Positions 52,680 through 64,000 of a stretch of DNA of 64,000 bases are shown in pieces; position 1 is the stretch's first letter; every line of letters begins with the position of its first letter. A model generated the notes under the pieces. The model was not told where the DNA came from. It made no database searches and worked only from the letters and a program-made list of their open reading frames with translations. Source of the DNA: Octopus vulgaris. Taxonomy: Eukaryota. Both the position numbers and the translations under genes were made by a program. The stretch spans positions 175,770,001-175,834,000 of the forward strand of contig OX597815.1 of assembly GCA_951406725.2 (NCBI GenBank), read 5' to 3'.

Positions 52680-53803
52680 TGTTGTTGCGCCCCACGCGGC
52701 GGCCTCCCGATACCACCGACAGGCTCCAACAGTCTGCGTCCGTAGCTCAGAGGGCTGTAGGTGAGTTCAGAAAGCCAACTTGCTTAGAGTGGAAGAAGCA
52801 GCAGACAAAGAAAGAGTTGACATTAACAAACAAAACCGTTGAGTACAAAACCAAATTGAGAGAACTTTAATCAAGAGGCGAACAGACATTTAAAAAGCGC
52901 AGGCGTGGCTGTGTGCTAAGTAGTTTGCTTACCAATCACATGGATCCGGGTTCAGTCCAACTGCGTGGCACCTTGGGCAAGTGTCTTCTATTATAGCCTC
53001 GGGCCGACCAAAGCCTTGTGAGCGGATGTGGTAGTTGGAAACTGAAAAGAAGCCCTTCGTATATATGTATATGTATATGTGTGTGTGTGTGTGTGTTTGT
53101 CCCCCTAACATCGCTTGACAACCGATGCTGGTGTGTTTACGTCCCCGCAACCTAGCAGTTCGGCAAAAGAGACCGATAGAATAAGTACTAGGCTTACAAA
53201 GAATAACTCCTGGGATCGATTTGCTCGACTAAAGGCGGTGCTCCAGCATGGCCGCAGTCAAATGACTGAAACAAGTAAAAGAGAGTCCTTTCGAGAGTTT
53301 TTAGAAAGTTCTTTCATTTACCTCTGAAATGTGTAGACTTCTTTCGGTGAGCTCTTCTTTATTATTCATTATTACTTTTTTAATCTTCTTTTTTTGGCGG
53401 GATTCTGTCGTTACTTCCGAATTCACGTTAGTCCGGTACCGTTCCGCATTCTTTACGCTGCTAAGTTCACACTATTTTCGCAGCAAGTTCAAAACCGTTC
53501 GCCTTACAAGGACGCCACTGCTCACATGACCCACTGACATTCACCGTCACAATACATGCTGTCCCATTTCTGACACCTATTTCTGTGTCAACTGTTCAAC
53601 ACGAATTGCCCGGCATCGACCCATACATCGAGCGCACCACACCGACCGCCGTATCAACTATTCACACAAACGTACGTCAACCGTCGCACCTCGGTTCCGT
53701 ACAGACTAACTCTGCCATGCGTTCACCAGTAGTATATATAGTTTGCCCACACAGTAAAAAGCGCGCCAAATTACACCGCCTACCCTCCACCCCACCACAT
53801 ACA
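52680..53803 (-). mobile_element. Possible solo LTR interrupted by a family B SINE
   Basis: CpG-rich block with TGT...ACA ends and tgta on both flanks (low-complexity context). On the minus strand a TATATATA near the start and ATTAAA near the end. Confidence 0.4.
52898..53283 (+). mobile_element. SINE family B full-length copy
   Basis: gcgcaggcgtggctgtgtg...gggttcagtcc...gcaccttgggcaagtgtcttc...gactgaaacaagtaaaaga. Confidence 0.9.
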
Positions 53804-53804
53804 T

Positions 53805-53962
53805 GTACAATGGGCTTTCAATTTCCGTCTACGAAATATACTCACAAGCCTTCAGTCAGCTCGAGGCTATACTAGAAGACACTTGCCCAAGGTGTCACGC
53901 AATGGGACTGAACCTGGAACAACGTGGTTGGGAAGTGAACGACTTACCACATAGCCACGTCA
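53805..53962 (-). mobile_element. SINE family B 5' half
   Basis: tttccgtctac...gaggctatactagaagacacttgcccaaggtg...gggactgaacc. Confidence 0.8.
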
Positions 53963-55115
53963 ACGCCGAAATAAACAAATTGCAAAAGTGTTGAGAAGTT
54001 TGGGAAATACGAAAATATTAATAGGACAGAATTAGGATAAAAAGTTTTATATTTCTGAAGAAAATGCCCTACCATTAATACTTATGAAGGACCAAATAGC
54101 ACGAATAGATGTAACATAAAAGCTGTTTAGGTCAAATTAAAGAGGAAATGGATTCATCTGCCCTTTCGATGTAAAACACGTAGAGAACAATACTAATGTT
54201 AAAAGCATAAAGCTAAATAATTTAGCAGTAAGTTGAAGAACACAAGAAAGCACGGCTGGTAAAGTTTGGGTGCATTTAAATCTAAAGAAAGAATGAAAAC
54301 AGAGCGGTAAATAAGGAAAAAGAAACGTTTTTAATTGCGTACGTTGATCAGAATTATTAGGTGAAAACAGTGAAAGCAAAGCTAGAACAATTTCTAATCT
54401 GTGATACAGCCTGATTTCCAACACAGATTATTCTAATATTGTGTAGCAGAGACTGGTTTGTAAGAACGTTGAAAGTTTATGTTGATCAAGAAATAATTGT
54501 ATGTTTAAGATAAGCATAAAGTAATATTTATATCTTCCGGGAACCAAAGTTAACTGAATCGTTAGCATGTCCGCCAACAAGCTTAAGCAAACTCAATTTG
54601 TATTACGTCATTAGCGCTGTACAATGTTACTGGCGCAGAAAATAAACTTATGATGTAAATTTGATCTAGCTCTAGTTAGATAGTATATTTGATTAAGAAA
54701 AAAGCGTGGGAAAAATATAATGAATGCCAGTATTATTTCTACTAAAGGAGGAGAGAAGCAGTATGCTATAACTGGTATAGTTTGTATGTTTTGCCATTCA
54801 ACATGTGTTGACAGTAGCAAATTTAACCAGCTTTGATATATTTCACTAAAAGCATAGTACAGTTATATTTCTTAAACTATAATAAAAAAAAATTATAATA
54901 AAAGTAATATTAATAAACCGTATGTGTTTCTTATTCATTAACCTATAAAGAAAAGTATCAGCAGAACATCAATACAACGGAGACTTGAAGAATCTCTGAT
55001 AAAAACAAAATCAAATTCTCTGATCTGCTGAAAACCTCAAGTCGCATAATATAAGCATATTAGAAGCTAATAACACTTAAACAGCAAGACAACAACAACC
55101 AAACTATCATCATCG

Positions 55116-55146
<31 letters not shown>

Positions 55147-56507
55147 GACTACTATCAACAATAACAGCAACAACGACGACAAAAACAACACCCAAACGTT
55201 CACCAATAATAATTTATTGATTTACAGCAAAAAAAGTAAAAAAAAACAAAAAAAAAACACGTTACATTCTAGCTTACGGTAATATAGTTTTGCATTAACG
55301 AGCAATCTTTACACTCACGTAAGAAAAAAATAAATCAGCAAAGTTCTTACCTACACGCTTATATACAACCATACAGTCACATGGACACACACATATATAT
55401 ATGCATACCTACATACATACATATATCACATATGTGTACGCGTGTGTAATATGTGCACAACCGTCTATGTGCAAAATTATTCATTTGTGTGCGTTTAGAA
55501 TTTGTACATCTTTCTTCATGTGTATGCAAAGATGTCTTTACTATTTGTAAGCTCTTTCAACATACACCGATATTATCGGAACTTTTTATTTTTATGTTCA
55601 GAACAAAATCACTATTGAGAAGGATCGAAATCATATTTAAGCTTTAAGCAGCTTTTAATCTTAAGTACGTGTTCCGACTTATTCACTTGTTCGTCTGACA
55701 AACTTTAGAATTCCAGCCAATCACTTGATTGCTATGCTTTCTTTCATAAATAACCTGTAATTCCTGAGATTGTCGTTTTCTATTATATTTACAAAAACAC
55801 AGGTGTCAATAATTTGTGTTCATTGGATAAAATGATGAATTTTAAATATGAAACAATCATACTAAATCAACATTTCGTTTAATTGAATTTGCTTTATATA
55901 TTTTTTGGTGTGTTTATTGTCTCTCAATCAGAGAATGAGTAAAGAGAAAATTCTAACGCTCTTCTAATCCTTTCAAAGAACTAGACGCCTTCATGTTTGA
56001 CTATTACTTATAGCTTCCTCCACCAAGTCCACAAACTCGTCATTCCGCCACTTGCCTATGTTCTACAGATCTAACAACTACACTGATCAACTTATTTAGT
56101 GGTTGGTTACTGTCTTTTCTATTCCATACTAAAAATGCCAACAGTGCTTCCCACTCCTTCAACTCTTCACACACAAACTCCTCTTTTTAATGGCCGTGAA
56201 ATCCCCGAACACTTCATCTTCCATGGCGACGGATTTTTATAACTAATATTTTCTTAACCGCTCCACTATACTTGAAACCGGAGTCTTCATATTTCTTCTT
56301 GGATATGTTGTCCTTACCTTAAATCGTTATTTCTCTAGTGGTTCTATTAACAAATGGGCGGCGTGTCTGTAAGCTCTAAGACGGACCTTAACTACATCAA
56401 CTTCTTTGTGGCATAAATTGAGGTCCACTTTCAAATTGTATATTGAATTCAGAGAACGCTACTCAGGTAACTATATCAGAGAAACCTCAACCACCTCATG
56501 TTCAAAT

Positions 56508-56555
<48 letters not shown>

Positions 56556-56568
56556 CACACGCATACAT

Positions 56569-56603
<35 letters not shown>

Positions 56604-56682
56604 ATTGCTAAAGAGAACAACAAACGTTAAGGCAAGGCAAACATCTCAAGTCATATATCATTATTATTGGAAAAAATTCAAA

Positions 56683-56738
56683 GTCTTACTGCTGTTTCTG
56701 GGATATCCCAGAGTGTTGGATATTCCGTCATCGGAGAC
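56683..56738 (-). ncRNA. Type I hammerhead ribozyme, CCGATGA core variant
   Basis: Minus strand: gtct CCGATGA c ggaatatcc..ggatatcc ca GAAA cagcag TA agac; stem I gtct/agac. Confidence 0.7.
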
Positions 56739-56918
56739 AAACGGGGAAAATGAAAAGGGTATAGATTAATGAAATGACGACATAGAGGATTTAAGGACTT
56801 ATTTCTACAAGATCGGAAAGTTGAACTGTGGACTTCCATTCTTCATTTCCTTATTCCTTTCCTCCTGTCCTCTATGTCGTCATTTCATTAATCTATGCCC
56901 TTCTCATTTTCCCTAATT

Positions 56919-56974
56919 GTCTCCGATGACGGAATATCTAACACTCCGGGATATCCTAGAAACACCTGTAAGGC
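56919..56974 (+). ncRNA. Type I hammerhead ribozyme, CCGATGA core variant
   Basis: gtct CCGATGA c ggaatatc..gatatcc ta GAAA cacctg TA aggc. The two arms give a consensus palindromic stem III acagctgt. Confidence 0.7.
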
Positions 56975-57198
56975 TTTGAATTTTTTCCCAATAATAATAA
57001 TGTATATGACTTGAGATGTTTGCCTTGCCTAAACGTTTGTTGTCCTCTTTAAAAATTATATATCTGCTAGATCGGAAATCTGCAATGGCTCCATAATTAA
57101 CGTCTCGGTTATAACTTTGGAGCCCCAGTAATCCGTTACAGAACTTACCTAGCGTATTTAATCGTTTAGATCACCTGTAAACTAAACTCCCACATTTT

Positions 57199-57276
<78 letters not shown>

Positions 57277-57301
57277 TATCAAGTGAAATCAACAATTGCA
57301 T

Positions 57302-57392
57302 GCGGCTGAAGAGAGCTTTAAACCATCCTTTATGTCGATTATACACTGATGTAAGAATAGGTCGTTTATAAAGCTTGAAACACGTGTACCGC
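57302..57392 (+). ncRNA. Type I hammerhead ribozyme with extended stem II (family H6)
   Basis: gcgg CTGAAGA gagcttta...taaagctt GAAA cacgtg TA ccgc. Stem I gcgg/ccgc, palindromic stem III acacgtgt; inside a ~220-bp insert (57280-57503) between two (TA)n tracts. Confidence 0.85.
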
Positions 57393-57499
57393 GACATCCT
57401 TTACGGTCTGTTTTTGATTTCATTTGATACATATACCCTCTCACCTCTGCTACTAGCTGGCGTATACAGGTGCTTACACTTATCAAGTATTCACCCTAA

Positions 57500-57534
<35 letters not shown>

Positions 57535-57537
<3 letters not shown>

Positions 57538-57863
57538 TTATTTGTTTCAGCCATTTGACTGCGGCCATGTTGGAGCACCACCTTTAGTCGAGCAAATCGA
57601 CCCCAGGAATTATTCTTTGTAAGCCTAATACTTATTCCATCGGTCTCTCTTGCCGAACCGCTAAGTGGCGGGGACATAAACACACCCACATCGGTTGTCA
57701 AGCGATGTTGGGGGGACAAACACAGACACAAATCCACTCACAAGGCTTTGGTCAGCCCGAGGCTATAGTAGAAGACACTTGTCCAAGGTGCCACGCAGTG
57801 GGACTGAACCCGAAACCATGTGGTTGGTAAACAAGCTACTTACCACACAGCCAGTCCTGCGCC
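57535..57863 (-). mobile_element. SINE family B copy
   Basis: Reverse complement match with a central deletion. Confidence 0.85.
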
Positions 57864-58985
57864 TATAAATATATATAAGGCATATGAGCCTTCGACTTGT
57901 AACTGCGTGTGTGCTGTATTGCTTTCAGGTGGCAAAATAAATGGAGAGGCAGACAAAAACCCTAGCGATAGTTCCTCCGGTTTTCTTTTTGACGTGTTCT
58001 GATTTTAAATCCCAGCGAAATCATCATTGCCTTTCCCCGCAATGGATTCAATAAAATAAAGTAACGATTGAGAACTAGGATCGATGGTATAGACTCACCA
58101 CTTCTTCCAAAAGTTACTCTTCCTTTGTCCCAATCAGAAACATTTCTTTCAACCCCCACCTTTCTTTTTCCCCGCTCCTCGTCTCTATTATTCCCCAGCT
58201 TCTTTGCTTATTCTCACCGCTCTCCCATTTTAATTAAATTGCTTCTGGCAACTAGTTTACAACAAGCTTAGCTTTACTTTCTGGCAAGCATCTCACGCGA
58301 CAAGTCACGTCCTCTTTACCTTTTCCTTCACATTTCTCTTCCACTTCGGAGACTGTTATTGTAACACGCCAAAATCGTTCCGTTTCCGTACAAATGTCTG
58401 AAACGTTAGGTTTGTCCCTCTCGCCACCAATTAGCCATTCTATTCCATTCTTACGCACGATCTATTACTGTTATTAATCTTTTGTTGGTGTCTACAATCT
58501 AAATATGCAGCAGCTGCTTCTTTATATGGCCATTTACTAATCTCGGCTGTTAATCATATTATCTGTAGGGATCTACCCGAGAATGAGGGATATAGTAAAT
58601 AGACTATACTCGACCAAACTCCGTGGACTTTACTAATTCTATTTCCTTTCCCGTCTTTTTTCTCTGTATCCCCTCTGTCAGATATCTGTTATATGTTGTT
58701 CCTGACACCACTAACGGACAAATCTCATATTGTATATTTCGCTTTCATGTTGTTACTTACGTTGGCCTTTGAGCATTTTGGTATTTATGTGCGCAATTCG
58801 CTTAACATAGACTGTCTTTCGGCAAACCAATCGGATTCTGCTGGTAAATTGACTGAAAGAAAGAAAATCTAGAATGCTTCTTCCATGTGTTACCATAGAT
58901 TGTCTGTAATTGTCAGACATCGGAGAAATGCCAAAACTCTTGGTTTTGCAGAGTGAAACCATCAATGAAGTCATTACTAGTACAT

Positions 58986-59040
58986 TTCTTCTTCTTCTTC
59001 TACTACTACTACCACTACTACCACCACCACCACCACCACC

Positions 59041-59096
<56 letters not shown>

Positions 59097-59202
59097 CTCT
59101 TCTTCCTCCTCCTAATATCGCTACTGTTACTTCTGGTGTTGTTGCTGCTGCTACTACTACTGCTACTGCTGCAGCTGCTACTACTACTAATACTACTGCT
59201 GT

Positions 59203-59257
<55 letters not shown>
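58986..59257. repeat. Compound trinucleotide microsatellite (CTT/CTA/CCA/CTG)
   Basis: Directly visible; explains the homopolymeric ORFs in four frames. Confidence 0.95.
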
Positions 59258-59258
<1 letters not shown>

Positions 59259-60956
59259 TCTGTTCCCCCTTTCGACACATCCTCCTTTTTTCCTATTGTC
59301 AGATGGACCAATTCTTATCAACCGATTCCGTCGAGTTTTAAGATTCTTTCCAATCAGTGATGGTTTCTCCTTGCAAACATTCACGGAAATTTCGGCGAAT
59401 TGGAATGATCAGATGCGGTTGAAGAAGAAACAGTTGAGATTATAATCCTATCTACATAATATGTGTGCGTTCATTTCTGCTTTTAATTATATAAACTCTT
59501 CCTCTGAGGAAGGAACTGGTTTCTAACAACGATACAAAGCCTCATCGTCGGAATGTGGATAGCAAAAAAAAGGACACAAACTGAACTTGAGAAAAGTCTT
59601 GCATATTTTTACTGCTCCACTTACAAATTGTACTGGTAATGTGTGAGTTGGCTGATTTCCTTTTCTGAAAGCCCTAAATTATCCAGATTGTTATTAACAA
59701 AACCAAGTCCACAAATTGTTATTGGTATAAATGTAAATTTATAATCTGAATAAAGAGGCTGGAGGTTTCGAAGCAGTTGTCCTTAGTTATCCTCTTTGTT
59801 TTTGAAAATCAAAGAGATATTCACATCAGCAGGACAGCTGACCTCTATAATGCTACATACTTTTTCTCGTCTGTCTCAAACTACAATTTCCAGCCTGGTA
59901 TGTTTACACTTGACAGATGTTTTGATGGCAATGTTGGACCAGTATTCCTTGCATTAATGTATGTATTCAGTTAACAGGCGATTTCTCGAGGGCAGTTCTA
60001 TTTTACGATTGGCATTGTATATTGTTTTTGCAACAACGTCATTTCGCATAGTTAAGTAGTTCCTTCATGACATCTGGGGGCGCATAACATTGTTTATTAA
60101 AGTACAGTGAAGACGAAAATGACCCACTGTACGTATATAGGTCGCTCTGTCAACCATTTATGATCCATTCCTTCAAGCTCATAAACGCCATTCCCAGCCC
60201 AAAGAGTAAGAATTACAACTACGTTAATTGATCAAGAGAATAGCGTGCAGTAGGACGAATATAAATGTTGGTAAGAGTTACACTGTACGCGGTTAATAAG
60301 GATAGTATAACTTGTGCTTAGGAGAGGCAACGCAGATTCTCCTCACTCCAATATCGCTCCTCATTCGCAAATGTAAGAGGAATACTACATGCAGACATAC
60401 TGCGTATAAAACTTGATTTTCCCCTTTACCTCTTTCTAATCCGTATTTTTCCTTCATCTCTCATTTATTTCATCGTAATCGTTCGTGTCAATCTGAGAGA
60501 GCTTTGAACGCCTACACAAATGTACTACCGAAATGACTGTAATTATACTAATTGCTAGCAAGGACGCATATATTACCAAGAATGCTAAAAGTTTACAAGT
60601 CAATATTGAGCCTTACTTTTGTGTTAGTAGTGCATTGCTTCCATTTTAAAGCTTATTTCTACGGATTTTTCATAGAATACAGAAACAACACTGAGAGGTA
60701 CGATGTTTCGTATACGAATACGTACCCACAAACGTATTCTATAGAATATCTGTACAAGTCAACTTAAAAATGTGATCATACCATATGCACAAGAACTGTT
60801 TGTATACCTGCAAAATTTATGTATACACTTCTTGCTCTATAATTTACTATATTATAATTTATCCTATCTCGTACCTGCTTCTCGTTGTTATTCTCTGCTG
60901 TTAATACAAACTGACAGCAATCCTAATCTTCTACATTCAATTTTAATTCTACAAAA

Positions 60957-61395
60957 GGCAGCGACCTGGCAGAATTGTTAGTGCGCCGGGCAAAATGCTT
61001 AGAAGTATTTCTTCCGTCTTTACGTTCTAAGTTCAAACGTCACCGCGGTCGACTTTACTTTCATCTTTTCTGGGGTCGGTAAAATAAGTGCCAGTTGAAA
61101 CACTGGAGTTGGTGTAATCGGCTTAACCCCCCACCCCCAACCGAACTGGCTGGCCTTGTACCAAAATTTGAAAGCAATATTAATAATCCATTCTACTTTA
61201 GGCACAAGGACTGAAATTTGTGGGGAGGAGACTAGTCGATTACATCGACCCCAGTGTTTCACTGGTATTTAATTTATCAACCCCGAAAGAATGAAAGGTA
61301 AAGCCAACCTCGGCAGAATTTGCACTCACAACGTAGCGAAATACCATTACACATTTCGCCCAACGTGCTAACGATTCGGCCAGCTCATCACCTTG
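60957..61395. mobile_element. Two SINE family A copies, tail-to-tail inverted
   Basis: + copy 60957-61172 and - copy 61188-61395. Confidence 0.8.
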
Positions 61396-63117
61396 ACAGC
61401 AATATTAATAATAAAATAACTTTTGGGTTTGCCAATAAACATATCTTTTCAATTTGGTTTTTAATTGGCTCTATTTGCCCCGTTAATCTTTATTACAATT
61501 ACGTTATCCAACTTCTGTGTCAAGATTTTTTCCTGTTTTCGTTAAAACACACCACTTAATATCTCCCGGACATACTTCATTAGTGACACTGTTTGAACTT
61601 TTTGGTGTGTTCACTACTTCAGCCCCTTGCTCTAGAGATTTACTAGAATCCTAACAGGGACACTATAACAAACTATTTCCCGTTCAAAGAAAGTAACTGC
61701 ATCGCAGACACTGTTGGTATTTCTATCAACCATACTGAGGCTGTAATAAGAGGGCTTTAACCAAGAACAACCACAAAGACAGGATTAAATATATCCCTCA
61801 CCAACGCAACATTAGGCGCTGCAAAAGTTTTCTACTGCCGACCTTTTTTTCTCATTTAATGCAAAAACCAATGTCCTGAAATTGTTTGAGATGCACTTTC
61901 TAAACAAGTGTTGGTAAACTCTATTGTATAGAAACTGATTGCAAATGATACGTTGTAGAAGACGAACATTAACGGTGCCGCAGGCAACAAATCTATAACA
62001 TCTACCGTTGGTAAATGGAGTTGCTGGAACAACACCGCTTTCCTGCTTAACCATGCTCGAAGCACCAAAATAAACTTATAATTAGCGGAAGTCAACTTAA
62101 AATTAGAACAAAACGGATGCCAAGTAGTGTGATCTGATGACCAAAGGATGATTCATCGAAAGATATGCCAACCATGCCATCCCACTTCGAGATGAAGAGA
62201 AAACTATTTCTACAGCATCATTGAAATATATCGGAGATTTAATTGGAGAACTAAAGAGAAAAGTAGGCCATGCAACAGTGGAACAAAAAACAAAACAAAA
62301 AAAAAAACAAGCAAAAAGAAAGTTCTTTAAGTATTAAGGTCAAAATTAATACATTGCAATATACAAAAGATTCTAAAGATTTAAAAATTTCTAAACATTT
62401 CTGAGTATTTGTCGAAGTAATCTTTACTTCGACAAATGCTCAGAAAATTTTTCCAAATTGTACAATTTCTGATATCCTACAAATCCTGCAGTTTAATAAT
62501 TTATTCTATATCTCAATTCCTAGGACTTTTTAACCATAATCTTTATGTTTCCATGAAAGTATTCTATTTTCGAATTTAGATTAAATTTCTCCATAACAAT
62601 GCACTCATATTTCTTTTACTTTCCTGTATTCTTATATTGCAAAGTGCTCTGATTGCACACTCTTCCAATCCTATTATATTTTTTCTATCTTTTACGAACT
62701 TAATTCCAACTTGTACGCTTAAAAACATCTCTTGAATAGTATTAGATATAAATTTACATCAAAGTATCACAGTGTCGACCAGACCATCAGATGCTGTTTT
62801 ACACCGCTGATTACAATGCGCTTCTAATTCTATCTTGATTGCCTCGTTCTTTTCCATCTCGACCCAAATTGCCTAACTAGATTGTTTTTCGATCGTCGTG
62901 GGGAAGCGTGCTTTCTAAATGGCTTTTCTGATCTCTTAGATAACACTCGGCAACTGTAGGGGTCCACCTATTGCCTGTGAAACTTGAAACACATTCGGCC
63001 CGGTGGAATTGTGCTTTTAGTGTTCTGCAATCACATCTAAGTTAAGTTACTTTTTAATAGAAAAACCCAACACGCTTTCTTGAGTGTTTATTAAATAATA
63101 ATGATAATGATAATGAT

Positions 63118-63149
<32 letters not shown>

Positions 63150-63152
63150 ATG

Positions 63153-63193
<41 letters not shown>

Positions 63194-63525
63194 TAGTGCA
63201 TGCATATACAGCTGCGTGCGTGCGCACATACACGCGAGTACTGTCCAAATTTCCGACCAATCACATACAGCTAGCTGGCATCCAATTGGCGTATCAAGTT
63301 CCGGGCATTTTGACTGGGTTTTGGATAGAAAATTCACAAAAAAGTCACTTCTATTGACTTATTTAATCGCTTTGCAGGGTGACTGGGGAAATGTAAAGAT
63401 ATGCACGACCACCCTTGGACGGTTTTGAATGACCATAGAAAGTGCGAGACCTCTAACTGAAAAATTGTGGATTTGTATAAAGGACACATACAGCGACAGA
63501 CATTTTGCCTTTTATATATATAGAG

Positions 63526-63589
<64 letters not shown>

Positions 63590-63928
63590 GGCGGTTACAA
63601 TACCAGTGATCGTAGGAGCACTAGGAATGATCAAGAAGGGAACCGAAAATTATATGAGAATGATCCCTGGCTTACCATCCCTGCAAGAAGTGCAAAAGAT
63701 TGTCTTAACTGGTACATCACACGTATTGAGAAGAGCATTGTCGATGTGAGAACTGTTGCTGCTCATGTATTTTAATTTAACTTTAAAAAAAAAAAAAAAA
63801 AAAAAAATGAACGAACTACTGAGTTTGGTTTAATGGCCTACCAATATACACTATGAGTTTCTTTGCCCTAGGAGTCGGGAAGACACTCGGCAAGAAATGG
63901 AAGAAAATTTGAAAGAAGAAAAAAAAAA

Positions 63929-63930
<2 letters not shown>
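63590..63930 (+). mobile_element. R4/Dong-type LINE 3' end (second family) inside (AAT)n
   Basis: AVTIPVIVGALGMIKKG...LQEVQKIVLTGTSHVLRRALSM*. The 3' UTR gccctagg.gtc.ggaagacactcggcaagaaatggaa also occurs at about 31878-31918; (AAT)n on both sides. Confidence 0.8.
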
Positions 63931-63961
<31 letters not shown>

Positions 63962-64000
63962 GCCCTGATGCAGTACCAGGCAGTGGCTCTCATGGCTTCT

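Larger units (their letters stand above)
56601..57060. mobile_element. Inverted pair of PLE-type pLTR ends (family H5), ~190-bp arms
   Basis: 56601-56789 is the reverse complement of 56868-57060 with scattered mismatches. Each arm holds an HHR; 3' ends face outward into TA-rich sequence. Confidence 0.85.

Noticed and set aside
58753-59360. Poly-V/S/G/L/T/Y ORFs
   Set aside because: Trinucleotide microsatellite open in several frames; no sign of a real protein.
62131-62170. CTGATGA...GAAA motif
   Set aside because: No stem III or stem I pairing, and no NUH triplet in the right place.

Overview
AT-rich eukaryotic intergenic or intronic DNA packed with microsatellites and transposon relics. 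The SINE families and microsatellite load suggest a coleoid cephalopod (Octopus-like); this is inference and was not checked by search. No host protein-coding gene can be supported. The only long intact ORF (42268-43962, +) belongs to a young, 5'-truncated Penelope-like retroelement (PLE; RT + GIY-YIG, Naiad-like motifs) whose ~885-bp 3' end is duplicated in inverted orientation at its 5' side. The main hidden signal is RNA-level: about a dozen type I hammerhead ribozyme (HHR) motifs, intact or decayed, from at least six unrelated sequence families. Most sit in short non-coding units with PLE-style tandem or inverted ends, usually next to (TA)n tracts. One family couples a tRNA-derived Pol III promoter (A and B boxes) and an (AAT)n tract to a minimal HHR, i.e. 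a candidate SINE/retrozyme hybrid mobilised by PLE machinery. Two families carry a CCGANGA core instead of CUGANGA. Also present: R4/Dong-type (RLE) LINE fragments in (AAT)n tracts, CR1-like and RTE fragments, two Tc1/mariner relics, a non-autonomous Helitron, one clear and one possible solo LTR, and many tRNA-derived SINE copies. Coordinates were read by eye and may be off by a few bases, more so at degenerate ends.
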